The position numbers and the translations under genes were made by a program. A stretch of DNA of 64,000 bases from Styela clava (Eukaryota): the NCBI RefSeq assembly GCF_964204865.1, contig NC_135258.1, positions 5,828,001 to 5,892,000 on the forward strand, written 5' to 3'. The notes under the pieces were generated by a model, which did not search any database, had not been told where the DNA came from, and saw only the letters and a program-made list of their open reading frames with translations. Shown piece by piece: positions 21,179 through 34,793 of the stretch (within the stretch, counting starts at the first letter, position 1; every line of letters begins with the position of its first letter).

Positions 21179-24146
21179 GTCTAGTCGAATAAACACCATG
21201 TTTTATTGAATCTTCGTTAGATTTGGATTGAATAGTTGACAATGATAAAAATGATGTAATAATTCTATATGAAACCTACATACTTCCTTCTGTTAGATAA
21301 ATTTCATCCCATATTGTTGCTAACAACCGTGCCATAAAACCCCACTCCCTAATATCACTACCATTTAATTTTACGTTTTACCTGTATTCTCAAAATGGTG
21401 TGCAGGATTAAAAAGTATTTATTGGTGAAATAGGTATTTTGATTCCCAGTACTGTAAAATAATAAACCACTCAAGTCATCAAGAATTTTAGCATAATTTT
21501 TTTGTTTTATAGCTTGGAGAGAAGAAATTATATCATGGTGTCTGCTATGATGACAACAATACGGACTCTATATAATTTTGGTTTTATATTGTGTAGGAGA
21601 TACTCAACCTTACCAGTGTGGTTGCTAAAAACAAATTTGAAAAAATACCAAATTGAATTTTGCGAATTTTCCCTTGAATCTCTAAACCAGTTCCAGTCAA
21701 AAGAGTCTTACAATTTCCTTGCTTATGATTATCTAATATGCGTTTGTACTACTGTTACTTTTCCGATATATCTATGATGACTTATATTGAAAAAACAGTC
21801 TTATGATTGAACATTTATCCCTGATATTCATTACGCTGAATATAATTGAAGTAATTATCGGTAATAGGAAAGTCTTAAGATGCTAACAAAAAGGACTCCC
21901 TCGGAGATGAATCTTATTTTAAAAAAGAGTATGTTGGAATCCTGCCAATCTGGTGTTTGCAATTTTTTTTTGCATATTTTTCAATAAATGAAACAGTTTA
22001 TCAACTGGTATGCATGGATCTTGTTTTCTGTTAGGGATAATGTATAACTGAGAAGAGTAGTCTTTTTTGCATGTTGAGTATTGGGATACTAGTGGTTGTG
22101 ATAGCGTATACCAGCTACCGATATGTTGTGCCTGCAATTTGTATTACAAATCTAAAACATCTTAGCGTGTAAACCCCTGTCAATTGCCTATGCAATACAG
22201 GTAGAACTACACAATTTATCAGTACGGACTTCATTTAATAATAGCATTTGAGTCACTGGTGGAATTATTCCATGATCTATTAACCATGTATTGTATGAAA
22301 ATAATTAAATAACAACACATATTCGCTAAAAAAAATTAACAATCACAAAAAGGTATGCAACAAGCAATAAATATAACTTATTTCACTGAGTTTTTTTTAA
22401 CATATAGGCACCAGTTCACGCTACAGTAAAAAGACAATGAATGCGGGGAGGAATATAAATGTATATGTACGGTGACCAGTAGAAACACTACAATAATGTA
22501 TCGCTCGCAATATACCCCCTCACATAAGTAATACATTGGGTGAGCGAACACGTACTACTTCTTTTATCAATACCTTTCCATCTGAAATATGTAGGCTTCA
22601 AACTTTACTTGAGGTTTTGTTTGCTTTCCCGATTCTATAATCAGTTACTTTATCATTTGTTTTTATCTATTATTTTCTATTCTATTGCTGATTATGGAGT
22701 CGGTACATTTGTAATGAGTAAGTGTTCGAATACAGCATTTTCCCTGGTTGTAACATACGATACGGTTCAATTGTACAAGTACCGGTACGGTACCGTACAT
22801 GTCTTAACATTACCAGTTTCCACATCACTTATAAACAAAAATATAACTAAACAAATACGGATGTCTTAACATTACCATTGCGCTGGCCTGGCCCCGAATA
22901 TTCTGAGGCCTGGCCCCATTTTCTCCGTGGCCTGGCCCCATTTTCTCTGTGGCCTGGCCCCATTTTCTCTGTGGCCTGGCCCCATTTTCTCCGTGGCCTG
23001 GCCCCTTTTGTGTGGCCTGGCTCCAAAGCCACAAAAAAGTTATCACCCCTGTTGATTTATGGGATGCAATGCAGTTTGAGAGCAATTTTTAAATGTAAAG
23101 TATTGGGGTGCATGGGTTTGATGGACAGTGGATGCAGAAATAATATTATGCAAGATCAACACATTGATGAGATTTTAAATAAATCCATCATGCTATAATA
23201 TCAAGTTTCCAATGCAACCACTGGCCATCTCATGACAATATGTAACAGATTTCATTGTAACAGATTACCGTATTTACTAATTTGTGTAAAATGATAACAT
23301 AGATGGAAAATGTAGGAATTTAATGGTAAATGTATCTGGTCTGAATTATTCAATATTTGTCTTATCTTTTCATTGTATACTTATTCATTGTATAAAATCA
23401 CCTAAATTACATCACAAAAATAAAAATAAAATTTGGACCTCATGCAATAATATTGAAATATATATTTGGATACACCAAAACTATCATTTGTATAAATCCG
23501 ATTTGGCAATGGAATTAAATTTGGCAAAAAAAAAAAAAAGTTTTAATCTTTTTAATGTATGGTACATCTGAGCATCACATAGATACAGCCAGTACAGCTG
23601 TGCTTTTATGTTCTGCATATTCCAGTATTCAGATACCGGTATTGGATTTAAGCAGAAGACAGAAAAAGGTGAATAATCTATAACAGTTGATGCTGATAGT
23701 TTTTAGACTTTGGGTCATTTGTCAGTATTTACATGTTTTTTGATGGGCTACGGTACCTTAGGTATATAAGTTATTTATTTTCTGTTTAATATGCTGATCT
23801 TTTTATTGCACTATCCCAATGTAAATAATTTAATCAATACCTTGATTACATACTGTCAAAATGGAAAACAGACTTTTGTCTTAAAATTCAGGGGAATACA
23901 AATTGTCTGAACATTGGATTTACTTCAACTGTTGCTCTGTTTATCTGCAATTTATTATGACTGATTTATGTCATCTTTGAAGTCAAGTTCCCTTCATATT
24001 CATTTGCTTGAAAATTGGTAAAAATCTACAGTGGTCTAATTCGAATTTCATGGAATTTGTAAAAATAATGATTCCTATGCTGCGGCAGTAGCATTTCTTA
24101 AGACAAAACTCTCAACTAGAAATAATTTTGCATATCATCATTTCCC

Positions 24147-25658
24147 ATGATACTCAGAAAAGCAATGTTGCTGAAACGATTTTGCACAACCACCAAATTC
24201 CAGACATTTTGTCTGATATTTTCTGTGTTTGGAATGCTGCATATCATGTCAAGTATATCAGAGTTGAAAATTTTACAACTCAAATCATCATCACCAGTGA
24301 CAACAGTTGTGAAAAGTGGAAATAACCCTGTTTACTGGCTTTCAGCAAATAATGCCGACTCTGGATACATGAACCATGTCAAAGAAACTTTTAAAGCTGT
24401 AGGATTTGACAGATGGAATGAAAAATCTGGAGATTGGGATGTAATGTGGTCGTATGAATACCCATTCGGAAAAGCAATAACAAGTACTACGTTGAAGCCG
24501 CATCAAAAAGTGAACCATTTTCCTGGATCTGGGTATTTGACAAGTAAAGGGTATCTCGCTATGTCCAAATCAAGGTATATTCCACTTGCGTTTTCTTTAC
24601 CACAAAATTTAACTGATTTTAAGAAATATATTGAAAAGCATCCGGAAAAAATGTGGGTTCAAAAAAATAATAAACACAGGGGAATTAAAATAAAGACAAA
24701 AAAAGAACTTGATTTTAGTGCACCTGACTCGTTTATACAGGAATTTGTAAGGAAGCCTTTTCTTGTGGATGGACGAAAATTTGACGTTGGGATTTATACT
24801 GTGATTACTTCCATTAATCCACTAACTGTGTACGTCCTTGATAATGAATGGTTGATAAGGTTTTGCCCTGAAGATTATGAACCTTTCGATTCTGGGAATG
24901 TTAGAAAATATGTGGTTGAAGATGACTATACTCCAACTTGGGAAATGCCATCTTTAAAGACGGGTTATAAGAATATGAAGCTTTCACACAAAGAGAGCTT
25001 GCTACAACATTTAAAAACAATTGGCCTTAACGAGAAAAAAGTTGTTGATGATTTATATGCGGCCGTGTCAGAGTTGATTTGGGAAAAGCAGCCAGATATT
25101 ATTAGATCAGTTGGGTATTATCCCTATGGTACAAGATCGTTTTTTGAACTTGTTCGTTTCGATTTTGTTCTTGATGAGGATTTAAATGTTTATGCAATGG
25201 AAGTGAACATGTCACCTAATTTATCTAGCGGACATTTTGCCGATAACGCAAGAATGTACCGACAAGTTATATTCAATACTCTATCACTAGTTGGAATCGC
25301 AATGCAAAGGGAACACTCCGCAACGAAAAATATATTTGAAGAGGAGATGTCTGTTAGTAATCGCGATATCGTAGCTTACCCAGAAGAATGCTTGAAATGT
25401 AAATATTGCTTAGATCATATTTGCAAACTATGTAGTCAATGTATGGTAATTCCTGTTGAAAGTAGTTTGAAAATTGCGTATAAACATCATGTTAACAGAA
25501 GAAATTTCAAGAGAGTTTATCCCAAACCACTAGGCGATAAAGATTTGGCTTCATTGTACAACCCAGTAAAAGATAAAAGATTAAGAACTGATTTAGATAA
25601 GATGCTTGCTCTTTGGTATAAAGGGAAATGCTTGCAAGACCTTTCTTGGTGTATTTGA
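24147..25658 (+). CDS. Tubulin-tyrosine ligase-like (TTLL15-like) ATP-grasp protein, intronless, 503 aa
   Basis: TTL motifs QKVNHFPG, WVQK...HRGI, QEFV.KPFLVDGRKFD.GIY, FELVRFDF...EVNMSPNL; Cys-rich C-terminus. TTLL15 subfamily assignment is from recall. Confidence 0.85.
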   Translation: MILRKAMLLKRFCTTTKFQTFCLIFSVFGMLHIMSSISELKILQLKSSSPVTTVVKSGNNPVYWLSANNADSGYMNHVKETFKAVGFDRWNEKSGDWDVMWSYEYPFGKAITSTTLKPHQKVNHFPGSGYLTSKGYLAMSKSRYIPLAFSLPQNLTDFKKYIEKHPEKMWVQKNNKHRGIKIKTKKELDFSAPDSFIQEFVRKPFLVDGRKFDVGIYTVITSINPLTVYVLDNEWLIRFCPEDYEPFDSGNVRKYVVEDDYTPTWEMPSLKTGYKNMKLSHKESLLQHLKTIGLNEKKVVDDLYAAVSELIWEKQPDIIRSVGYYPYGTRSFFELVRFDFVLDEDLNVYAMEVNMSPNLSSGHFADNARMYRQVIFNTLSLVGIAMQREHSATKNIFEEEMSVSNRDIVAYPEECLKCKYCLDHICKLCSQCMVIPVESSLKIAYKHHVNRRNFKRVYPKPLGDKDLASLYNPVKDKRLRTDLDKMLALWYKGKCLQDLSWCI

Positions 25659-28600
25659 GTCTCAAGTCCACATTTGATGAATCAGATGAAAACTTATTTC
25701 ATCTGATTCGAAAAATTGCCTGACATTTGGTTAATTGAACATTAGAGGAAGAATAGTGAAATGGAATTTGGGGCCAAATAAATAGTTTTCATTTCTTGTT
25801 TGGATTTGAAGAACTACTTTTGAGTAACTTATAACCAATTTTTAAATCTGCGGAATCCATACGTTCCATAAATTGTAAATACTACCAAGCTGTCGTACAG
25901 CTCTCCCTACAAGGAGGTTACTACTCAGCGAATACCATAATTGCACTTTGATTTTAATCGAACATTTCCCGCTTCGTCTCACTTTTACTATATGTACTTG
26001 TTAATAGCCTGATACATTGTTTTGGGTTACCAGTAATTATTCTGAAATCCCTTTTTAGTTCCAAGTCTAGGACTAACTAGAGACATGCCTACAACCTCAT
26101 ATATAAATAGTTAAGTTTTATTCAAATAATTCACACGTTCTACCATATATACTGTATTTGTCGATGCCTCAATACATTGTTTTAAGAGACCATTAATCAA
26201 AGTAAAATTGCAGACTTTTGAGTCCAGGACTGTCGGAGGCATGCTCCCTACCTCAAACATAAATAGAAGGTTGGTTTTATTCAAATAATCCATGCCATTC
26301 ATCACATGCATTTGATACCGTCTCAGTTTTGTGATTTTGGTGGTATATTCAGGAATACTTGGTTGGAGTATTTGAGTTCAAGCACTGTCCAGAGATGGCC
26401 ACATCTCTTCACCTTATACAGGCAGTAATATATTGATTATGTGGGCTATGCTAACCTGGAAAACAGTCATTATGAACTTAGGTAATTACTTTGTACGCCT
26501 TAGTTGCTGTATTGAATGTCTTTCAGTATGATATTATTATTCTAAAAAAATTGTTATTCTAATCATGACATAATCCTTTATTGCATTTGTTCATCTTTTT
26601 GTTACCCTGCTGTGCAATGATATTTAAAACTCGTTTAAAAGGGGATAATAATTGTGTTTTTTTTTCTATGTTTGCATTGCATATTTACTTCCAATAATGA
26701 ACTGTGCATTTTTTTAAATCAAATTACCTAAGGGTACATATCAAATTTATTTGTTCATTAGATTCTTGTTCATAATATTTAGTGCTACTTTAGCTTGCTA
26801 TCACACTAATGCATGATATTAACCATCCCATATGGTAGGATCTACTTCAAGCTAGAAAACAGATAGTGAGGCGAAAGTATGTTTATTCATAAAAAACATG
26901 TTGAAAATACGTGGATGGAACGTGAATAATGAAATAAATGATAAGTTTTAAAATGTAAATATCCAAAATAAATCAGGCAAAATCAAATCTAATTAATACT
27001 TTTTTTTCCACACCCTTTCAAAAAAATTGCCATGCCTTTGTGGGACACACCCCATCGTTCGAGAACCACTGCGCTATAGCATGAGTAATACCTCAAGCCA
27101 GTACTATAGTGTGGGGTCTACCTGAAGCTAGGAAGTTGCGGTAAAACTTCTGCAACATTTTGAATCGTTTTTAATCGATGTTAACTGGTTCGAGGCTGCA
27201 CTGGGTAGATGACATATGGTGATAGGCGGTAGCACTCGCGCTATAGTAGCACCAGGTATTTCTGAGAGACCATGTTGTCCAGGGAAATTCGCTTTTGATG
27301 AAAACTTTATGTTGGTAAATATTTTGGGTTCGCCAGTTCACCCTGTTGCTTTGGCCTATCTAAGATAAGTAGAATAGGCTACTAGACCAGTTTTAAATTG
27401 GACTACTTTGAGTATTTTTTGTTTTTCTTCTTTACACTATAATATGGAACATATAATTTATTTCTATAACACATACTTGAATGACATTTTTTTTTAGCAA
27501 AATTATTAGAAATAAATATTTTTCAAATACATACTTTTGTTCTCATTTCGTCTGTGAACTGTCACCTCGTAGCAAAATTAAAAAATATGGTCGCAATTTT
27601 AACTCAAAATCATGCATTTGATGTTCTGAAATTTGATCCATTATCATCTTATTCTAACTGTGTAGTTTATAAGCCTATTGAAAATATATAGAGCACAATT
27701 GGCATAGGTAAAATGATCTAATTTGCCGAAGTTTCAAGTTGACTATTCGAAAAACTTGTCATGGCATGATATGGTAAACCTTAGCTTATAATAATGTGTT
27801 TCGCTCCTTTCTATAGCAATAACTAAAAATTTCGTTTTTTTGTTTATTCATAGTTTTTATTCATAGTGTTTGTATTTCTCATTTATCAATACATTAAAAT
27901 TTAATTAACTAACAATTGTTATAGCCATAAAACTATTTTGGCTAAGCATAATTCTACTTCTTTATATTTTCGGAATTTTTTCCCACTCAGAGATTACGGT
28001 AGTCTCTTTTATTTCAGGGTGAGCGCACGAAATCTTCCTCTGATTTATTTTATCCACATCATCTTGCGTACTCACTGATACTCTCTATGACAAACAAGAT
28101 ATTTTCCTGCAACAAATTACATTTTGTTGCCTACACGCTGATACTCAACAACGATAACCCTTGCTCTGATATTTTATTTTATATGAAATAAATCATTTGA
28201 TTGACATATTCACTTCTTTTCTTTATTTTTAACTCTATCTCTCCTACCTTATATCATGAATGCATTGATTTTTGTTGAAAATTGAATATTGCAAAGTAAC
28301 TTGTAACAAACAAGGATCATCTTGTAAATAATATACTACTGGTATCTACATTTTTATTAATATTATTTTGTATTTTATGTAAGTTATATCTGTTCTGTAT
28401 ATTTGGAATTCAAATGTATATAATTATAGAAATTTTGGGAATTTTAGCGAAGTAAACGTGTAACTCTTAAAATAACGTCAAACAGGAATATGATGTTAAA
28501 ATACTGTCAAAACTGCTTGAATAGCGCCAAACAGAAATGTGATGAAAAAATTTTTATGTTTTTTTTTAAAAAGTCTGACGCGGAATGAAATTCTTGAGAG

Positions 28601-29106
28601 ACGTGATTAGTAAAATTGAAATCCACTCAATTTTCAACTGAGCAGCTATACCATGTCTAATAGGGTATAGTGGTTTGTGCCAAACAGACTTGATTGAAAA
28701 AAATAATGAAAATTTGGGCTGTATTTTTGCAGCGCTTTTTTGTTTGGCATTATTTAATCAGCTTTGGCCATTATTCTTCATCACCTTTTTGTTTGACGGT
28801 ATTTGAGCACTTGCGGTGTGTACTTCGTTAGACCCAAATTTTGTCATAAATGTGAGGTTTTTCTTACATCTCGATTGGCAACAAATGTTATTGCTGCCTA
28901 AAAGTGCTGTTGGTTCAGAAAAGTGATCCGACTTGCCTATATTTTGAGCCATTCAAAATACTCATTTCAGGTTGCTAAAAATTTAACTTTGACTCTATAC
29001 TGCTCGATTATAAAAATGGCACTGCTGCCTAATTACACAATTTATTGTGCTGATGTGCTCTATTATCAAAGTCACAATGGTCATTTAAAAAAAAAAGAGT
29101 CATGAG

Positions 29107-31086
29107 TAGGGGTGGGCAAAATCGAATATTTTTTTCGAATCGAACAGTTCGAATATTTTTCACGAATACCGAATAGTCGAATAACGAATATTTTTTTTCA
29201 AATACAATGGGGTCCGTCGAAGGTCGATACTCCCTTCGAAAATAAGAAGAAACTTTGAAAAATCGGCAACAAAGCGTTTTTTATTTACTGGTTAAATTCA
29301 TCAAAATCGCTAATTGTTTTTGTCGCCGCGATCCTAAAGTTCGTAATCTGTATTTCCGCCTGATTCATTTTTTTGAAAGTATTAATTCTTGCGGGTCGGC
29401 GGACATCGAAGTTTTATGTATTAGGTATACCCGTGCATTGCCTTTGAAATTTTTTTAAAACTGTAAAAGTCGCCAATAACGCGTGCACTAGCATTTTGCT
29501 ATAATCGCCGATTGTTATTATCAGCGTGACGTGTTATTTAGGTCGTAAACAATATGAGTTGGTTTATCTTCAAATCAAATAAATTCAACAACGTTGTGCG
29601 ACGTTAACGATGATAATTATTTTATTTTTGTACACACAGGGAATCGCGAATCCGGCGAAAGTTTAATTAATATACGTTCATCGGCGGCGAGTTTCTCCAG
29701 GACAACGCAAATTTTTTGATTGAAAAGCGGCAATATAAAATACTGAAAATAAAACTTTAAACAATATGAGTTTTATTGAGGTTGCGACAGTTTGAAAACG
29801 CCTTTTTAGACATTGAAAATCGCAAAATTTCGTGTGCCTCTCGCACACATTATGTTTGGCCGGCGTTTAGAAAACATATCATCACTAAAATCGAAGAACT
29901 GTTAATTGTGGGCGGGATTGGCCATATTATCCATTACTTTAAATTGCCCTCGAAAATTTTCATTTCAACATTATACAAGGTTTGAAACGGACAATTTTCT
30001 CCGGGTTGTGATGATATATATAAGATAATCAATCTAATGTATATTCAATCAATTTTTATTGTGCTAAAATAAATTTTAACCTGAGATATTACAGCAAATT
30101 TATGGATTTTTTGATGTTATAAGTCCTGAAAATAAAGCTTTATATATTCGATCAGTTTACCACACTTTATGTCCGCAGATTGCCGTGGTATTTTAAAATT
30201 GTGAAGATTTTATTTTGTAGACTCAACCGCTGGTTAAATTGAAGACAATAATAAAACAAGACATTTTAAATATGCTCTTATCGGTCACAAATTGATTACT
30301 TTGCACAACAGAAAACTCATTATTCATTGCAAAAGTCGGCTCTTATAACAAGTGGCCTAATCGCGGCGATGAATATGTATTTTTGATTAAACGATATACT
30401 TTATATGTATTTTCATTGTTCGAAATGAAATTGTACTCTAGATACAGGATTTTATATCAGTTATTGAGATTTTTCTAACGGCGAGAACGAGTTCGCAAGA
30501 TTCCAAAAATACTTATTAAAATTAAATACACCCGGCAGTTTATCTCATACTTTTATGTCCACAGATCGCCGTGGCATTTCAGAGATGTAATGTTTCAATT
30601 TTGACTTAAGAAGAAGCAACCGCGAGTTACGTTTGACATAATTAAATTAATATATGAAGACATTTTGGAATCCCATAGTTGTCATGATTTGATCATTTTA
30701 CGCAACAGAAAAATCATTATACGCTGAAAAAACTTCTCTTTAGCGCGCACGTAATCCCGGTGACTGTTACAGATGGCAATGAGAATTTCCGATTTTTTAA
30801 ATACATCGTCATACGTTTATAATTTACAGAACAATCATAAATTAAAGCAATGGTGGGGACCTATTTTGCAAAAGAGGGAAATGAAACGATACGTTAGGCG
30901 TGAAAAGAAAACAAATAACATCATAACGCAAAGAAAATTTGTCGCTTTTGTATGTTAGCGAGCGCCGTTTGTGAATTCTCGGGCAATTCACGATTCCGAA
31001 TTCCGTGTTGAAGCAAAGCGGCGCAGGTCACGTGGTACCGGGTATTCGAATAGTAAAATGTCATTCGAATATTTTGCCCAGCCCTA
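29107..31086. mobile_element. ~2-kb non-autonomous hAT element
   Basis: TIR taggg.tgggcaaaat; perfect TSD gtcatgag; internal diverged direct repeat (~30165 and ~30550); no transposase ORF. Confidence 0.9.
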
Positions 31087-31581
31087 GTCATGAGTCATGA
31101 CAAATTTGAGTGTTTGTCCTCTGATTTAATTTTCAAAACCGGATCAAGTTTTGAGCGATTATCTCCCCAATTACTGATTTAGCTCGGCTACACAATTGGG
31201 CGCTCCAATGGTTCATGAAGACAGTCCCTGAACTCGTAATAGAACTAAAATAAGGAGAATCGAATAAAATTATGGCCTAACCCTAACCTGGTACACACAT
31301 TACAGGGGTACCCACAATTGTAATCTGCTGATAAATATGGCGGCCCAATATACCTCTACGACAAGGACCATCTAAATCTCAATTGGAACCTTATAACTAT
31401 ACCTATTTATATCTTGAGTCTAACAGCCCTTTACATATTAGAGTTTTTAAATAAGAATTAAAGCCATATATCCATACTTATCCATGATCTTGTGTTTTCA
31501 TTCTTTTCATAATTCATGTTCTTTTTCACTTTATAATAGGAAATATTATGTCTTAGGTTATGCTATTAATTAATCTGAAAA

Positions 31582-33571
31582 ATGACGGGAAGATCTGAAA
31601 ATGGTGACGGTGATGAAGATTTAGATTTCGTTTATGGCGATTGTGACTCGTTTATAAGTGAGTTAGGAGAATTGTACAGTTATACAGAGGAGAATGAGTT
31701 TGCTTTAAACCAAGAATGCTTCAAAGAAATCCTCGGTGACGAGAGAAAATGGATTGAAATGACTTTGGAAGAAAAGAAGGTTGTGATTATGAAGGCAATG
31801 GATGGAACAGACGTCGTAAATTCTGAAAAAAAGTTTCGAGCTGTGAGAAGTTTATTATACATTGCACAGGGTAATTTTACTGAATTTGCCACCATTGAAG
31901 AACTTTTGAAAAGTTCCAGGAAAAATTGCTTTTTATTGTATGAAATGGGAGTATTTGGATTGGCAGAAGAATTACTTCTAATGGAAATACATAAGAATGA
32001 GAAAGAAATTCCTGATTCGAAAAATCCAACAGTGTGTTCTATCGTAAACAGTTCGGAATTAAGAATCGTGATTAGTCTACTTTATACAATGCTCGAGACT
32101 ATTCGACAGTTTGAAGAGAGCGATTCTGAAAAATTCAAAAAAGCAAGAGATGCGTTCATTACATTGTTAAATCAATCAAATAATGGAAATGAATCGCTTT
32201 TCGTCGTTTTGTTCAATATGGTTACCAAGTTCTGTAACCACAACATAACAGCTTATCCAATTAAAAAGGTTCTTTTATTATTATGGAAAGTTGTCTTGGC
32301 GATGGTGGGCGGGCTTGATGATTTACACCAGTTAAAATGTAAGAAAAGAGAGGAGGCGGGGCTTCCACGTTTAGCAGAAAATCCTATTGAAGTTGCTAGA
32401 AAAATGAAAGCGTCTGCTCCACCAATGAACGCAGCGGATTTGTTCGACCAAGGTCAACCGGGGAGGAGAAAAAATCGCAGAGGAATCATACGTGGACCAG
32501 AAGTGGTTGAAGTTTCAGGTTCGGAAAATAAATCTGAATCTTCTGGTGATATTGACGTCGATATACACATTCCTGGAGCGGATGACGAAGATTCTGAAAA
32601 AGAAGAAATGATAGAAAATGGAGCTGATCTACTCCCAGCCCCTTCAGATCAAAATGAGGTGGAAAAAACTGATGAAGACATCATATTTGACTCTGAAATC
32701 GATGCCCCTGTTCCCGGAGGAGGAATTGATACTCCAGCAGTGGGTATCGGAACGCCAGCACCATTTAAGAGGGATCCAACACCGGGTGACACTGCCGCAA
32801 TCGCTTTAAAATTAATGAAAATTAAAGCAGAACGTGAGGAAGAGCATGCTCTAAAAGATCTTCATGTTATCAAAGTACCTTCTGGGCTTCACTGGACTCC
32901 TAAAACTCGGGAACGAGATGTTGAGATCTTCTTATCTCAAGTCCGTCAAAAGTTTGTCGGTTTTCAACTTGAAGGTGATGTAACTACTATGGCTGGTCTT
33001 CCTACGCCAACTAAGGAGAGTGTTAAAATTCTTCGAAAGCATTTATATGTTTCACTTGCGGAAAAGCAAATTGAAATTGAATCACAGATAGGAAAATACC
33101 CCCTAACAAAAGCAAAATTGGATGTCATTCCTGATAACTCGGCGGAAAAACTTTACCAATCAATTCTACCAAATTTACCACAATATATGATTTCACTTTT
33201 GAAGATCTTACTTGCCGCAGCTCCGACATCGAAAGCAAAAAGTGACGCAATCAATATCTTAGCTGATGTTTTGCCCCCTGAGATTCCATACTCTGCAGTT
33301 CAATCAGTAAGATTAGGAATCGATGTCAATCGTCATCGTGAAATAATCGTTAAATCAATTTCAGCAATTTTGCTTTTATTATTGAAACATTTTAAGCTGA
33401 ATCATGTATATCAGTATGAATACATGAGTCAGCATCTTGTGTTTGCGAATTGTATTCCTCTTGTTTTAAAATTCTTCAATCAGAATATTGTCGCTTACGT
33501 TACAACGAAGAACGTCATTCCTTCATTGGAATATCCTGCTTGTGTTGTTGGAGAGAAAGTGGAAATCACAG
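31582..33571 (+). CDS. STRIP1: Striatin-interacting protein (FAM40) coding exon 1
   Basis: DLDFVYGDCD...ELYSYTE, PIKKVLLLLWK, LPQYMISLLKILLAAAPTSKAK, RHREIIVKSIS; donor ACAG|gtatgg (phase 1). Confidence 0.93.
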
Positions 33572-33946
33572 GTATGGAGAAATTATAGCGAGGTCCCCCA
33601 CTATATTGTTTATTATTCGAAGATTGTTCTCTCGTATTTTGCATTCGAATTTTTGGGACAAACTCCCTCAGAATTTCAAGATTATGTTTGAGAGATAATT
33701 GTGAACTGTGGTTGCTTTCAAAATTCATTAGTTAAAGGTTGAAGTATTTCTTAGAATTCTATTTTTTTGTTTTGTATTATCAGTCCTTACCATTGTTCTG
33801 TAGAATTTTTTAAACTCATATTTGCAAATTATTTTTAAGACAAAATTCTGCTTGTCTAGTCGCCTTCATATTTTTGGTAGTTAGAGATAGATGTTTGACT
33901 AAGGAATAATTGCACCAGTATTGTTAAGTATTTAATATTTTTTCAG

Positions 33947-34065
33947 CTGAATCTCTGGAACCAGTTGACACCCAATCTGCAGCCTGTTGGAGAAATCTAT
34001 TCTCGAGCATCAATCTGCTCAGAATTTTGAATAAACTTGTAAAATGGAAACATTCAAGAACCATG
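33947..34065 (+). CDS. STRIP1: STRIP exon 2
   Basis: tttcag|...|gtaagt; encodes CWRNLFSSINLLRILNKLVKWKHSRTM in frame. Not in the ORF track. Confidence 0.92.
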
Positions 34066-34628
34066 GTAAGTGTAGTAGTGAGGTGTCTCTCTCTTACGAA
34101 TCCTTGAACAAGGCTCTGTAAAAGAAGCCACTGTGGCAGGAAATGCGTGATATTAAAGAACTGAACTCTTAAACTGTTTTTTATTCAAGTCTTGGCATCT
34201 GGAATAGTTAGCTGATCAACTATCACCATAACTTGAAATTTGGGCCGCTTTGCCTGGGATTCTCCCAATTCAGAGTCTCAATTCAAAGGATTTAGTCAAC
34301 AATCTTTTCAATTTCCCAATAAAACTAGAGAAATAACAGAATGAAAATAATTTTTCATGACTCTCGTTCATGTCATTCTCTCTGAATCCCATTGTGTTAC
34401 ATGCCCAACAAAGTGACACCCTGTGAAATAACCTTTCAAGCAATGAAACTAATAAGAACAGGTTATTTTCTTGTAAAGGGAAAAGTGAAATCAGTTTTGC
34501 ACCTGGTATTGTAGTCCCCCCTCATACTGCTCTGTTGCCCCATTAGAGGGCCAAGTGCCGCGATTGGGAACCTCTGCACTAGGCTATCACGTCCACAAAA
34601 TAGAATCGAACATGCAACATTTTTTCAG

Positions 34629-34793
34629 ATGCTTGTGGTCTTTAAATCATCACCAATATTGAAACGAGCATTAAAAGTCAGGCAGGCAATGTTGCAACTT
34701 TATGTTCTCAAACTTTTGAAATCTCAAACAAAGTATCTTGGCCGAGCATGGAGGAAGAGTAATATGAAGATTATGTCGGCCATTTATCAGAAG
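34629..34793 (+). CDS. STRIP1: STRIP exon 3
   Basis: MLVVFKSSPILKRALKV...KSNMKIMSAIYQK; canonical splice sites. Confidence 0.92.

Larger units (their letters stand above)
17015..23054. mobile_element. ~6-kb TIR element with 21-bp subterminal repeat arrays
   Basis: 17023-17175 and 22880-23047 are inverted copies (gtgat.acttttttgtggctttgg + [ggggccaggccacggagaaa.t]n); direct repeat atttatggga at 17007-17016 and 23055-23064. Confidence 0.75.

Noticed and set aside
21774-21840. C/D snoRNA (ATGATGA...CTGA)
   Set aside because: Weak terminal stem and no recognisable guide; expected by chance in AT-rich DNA.
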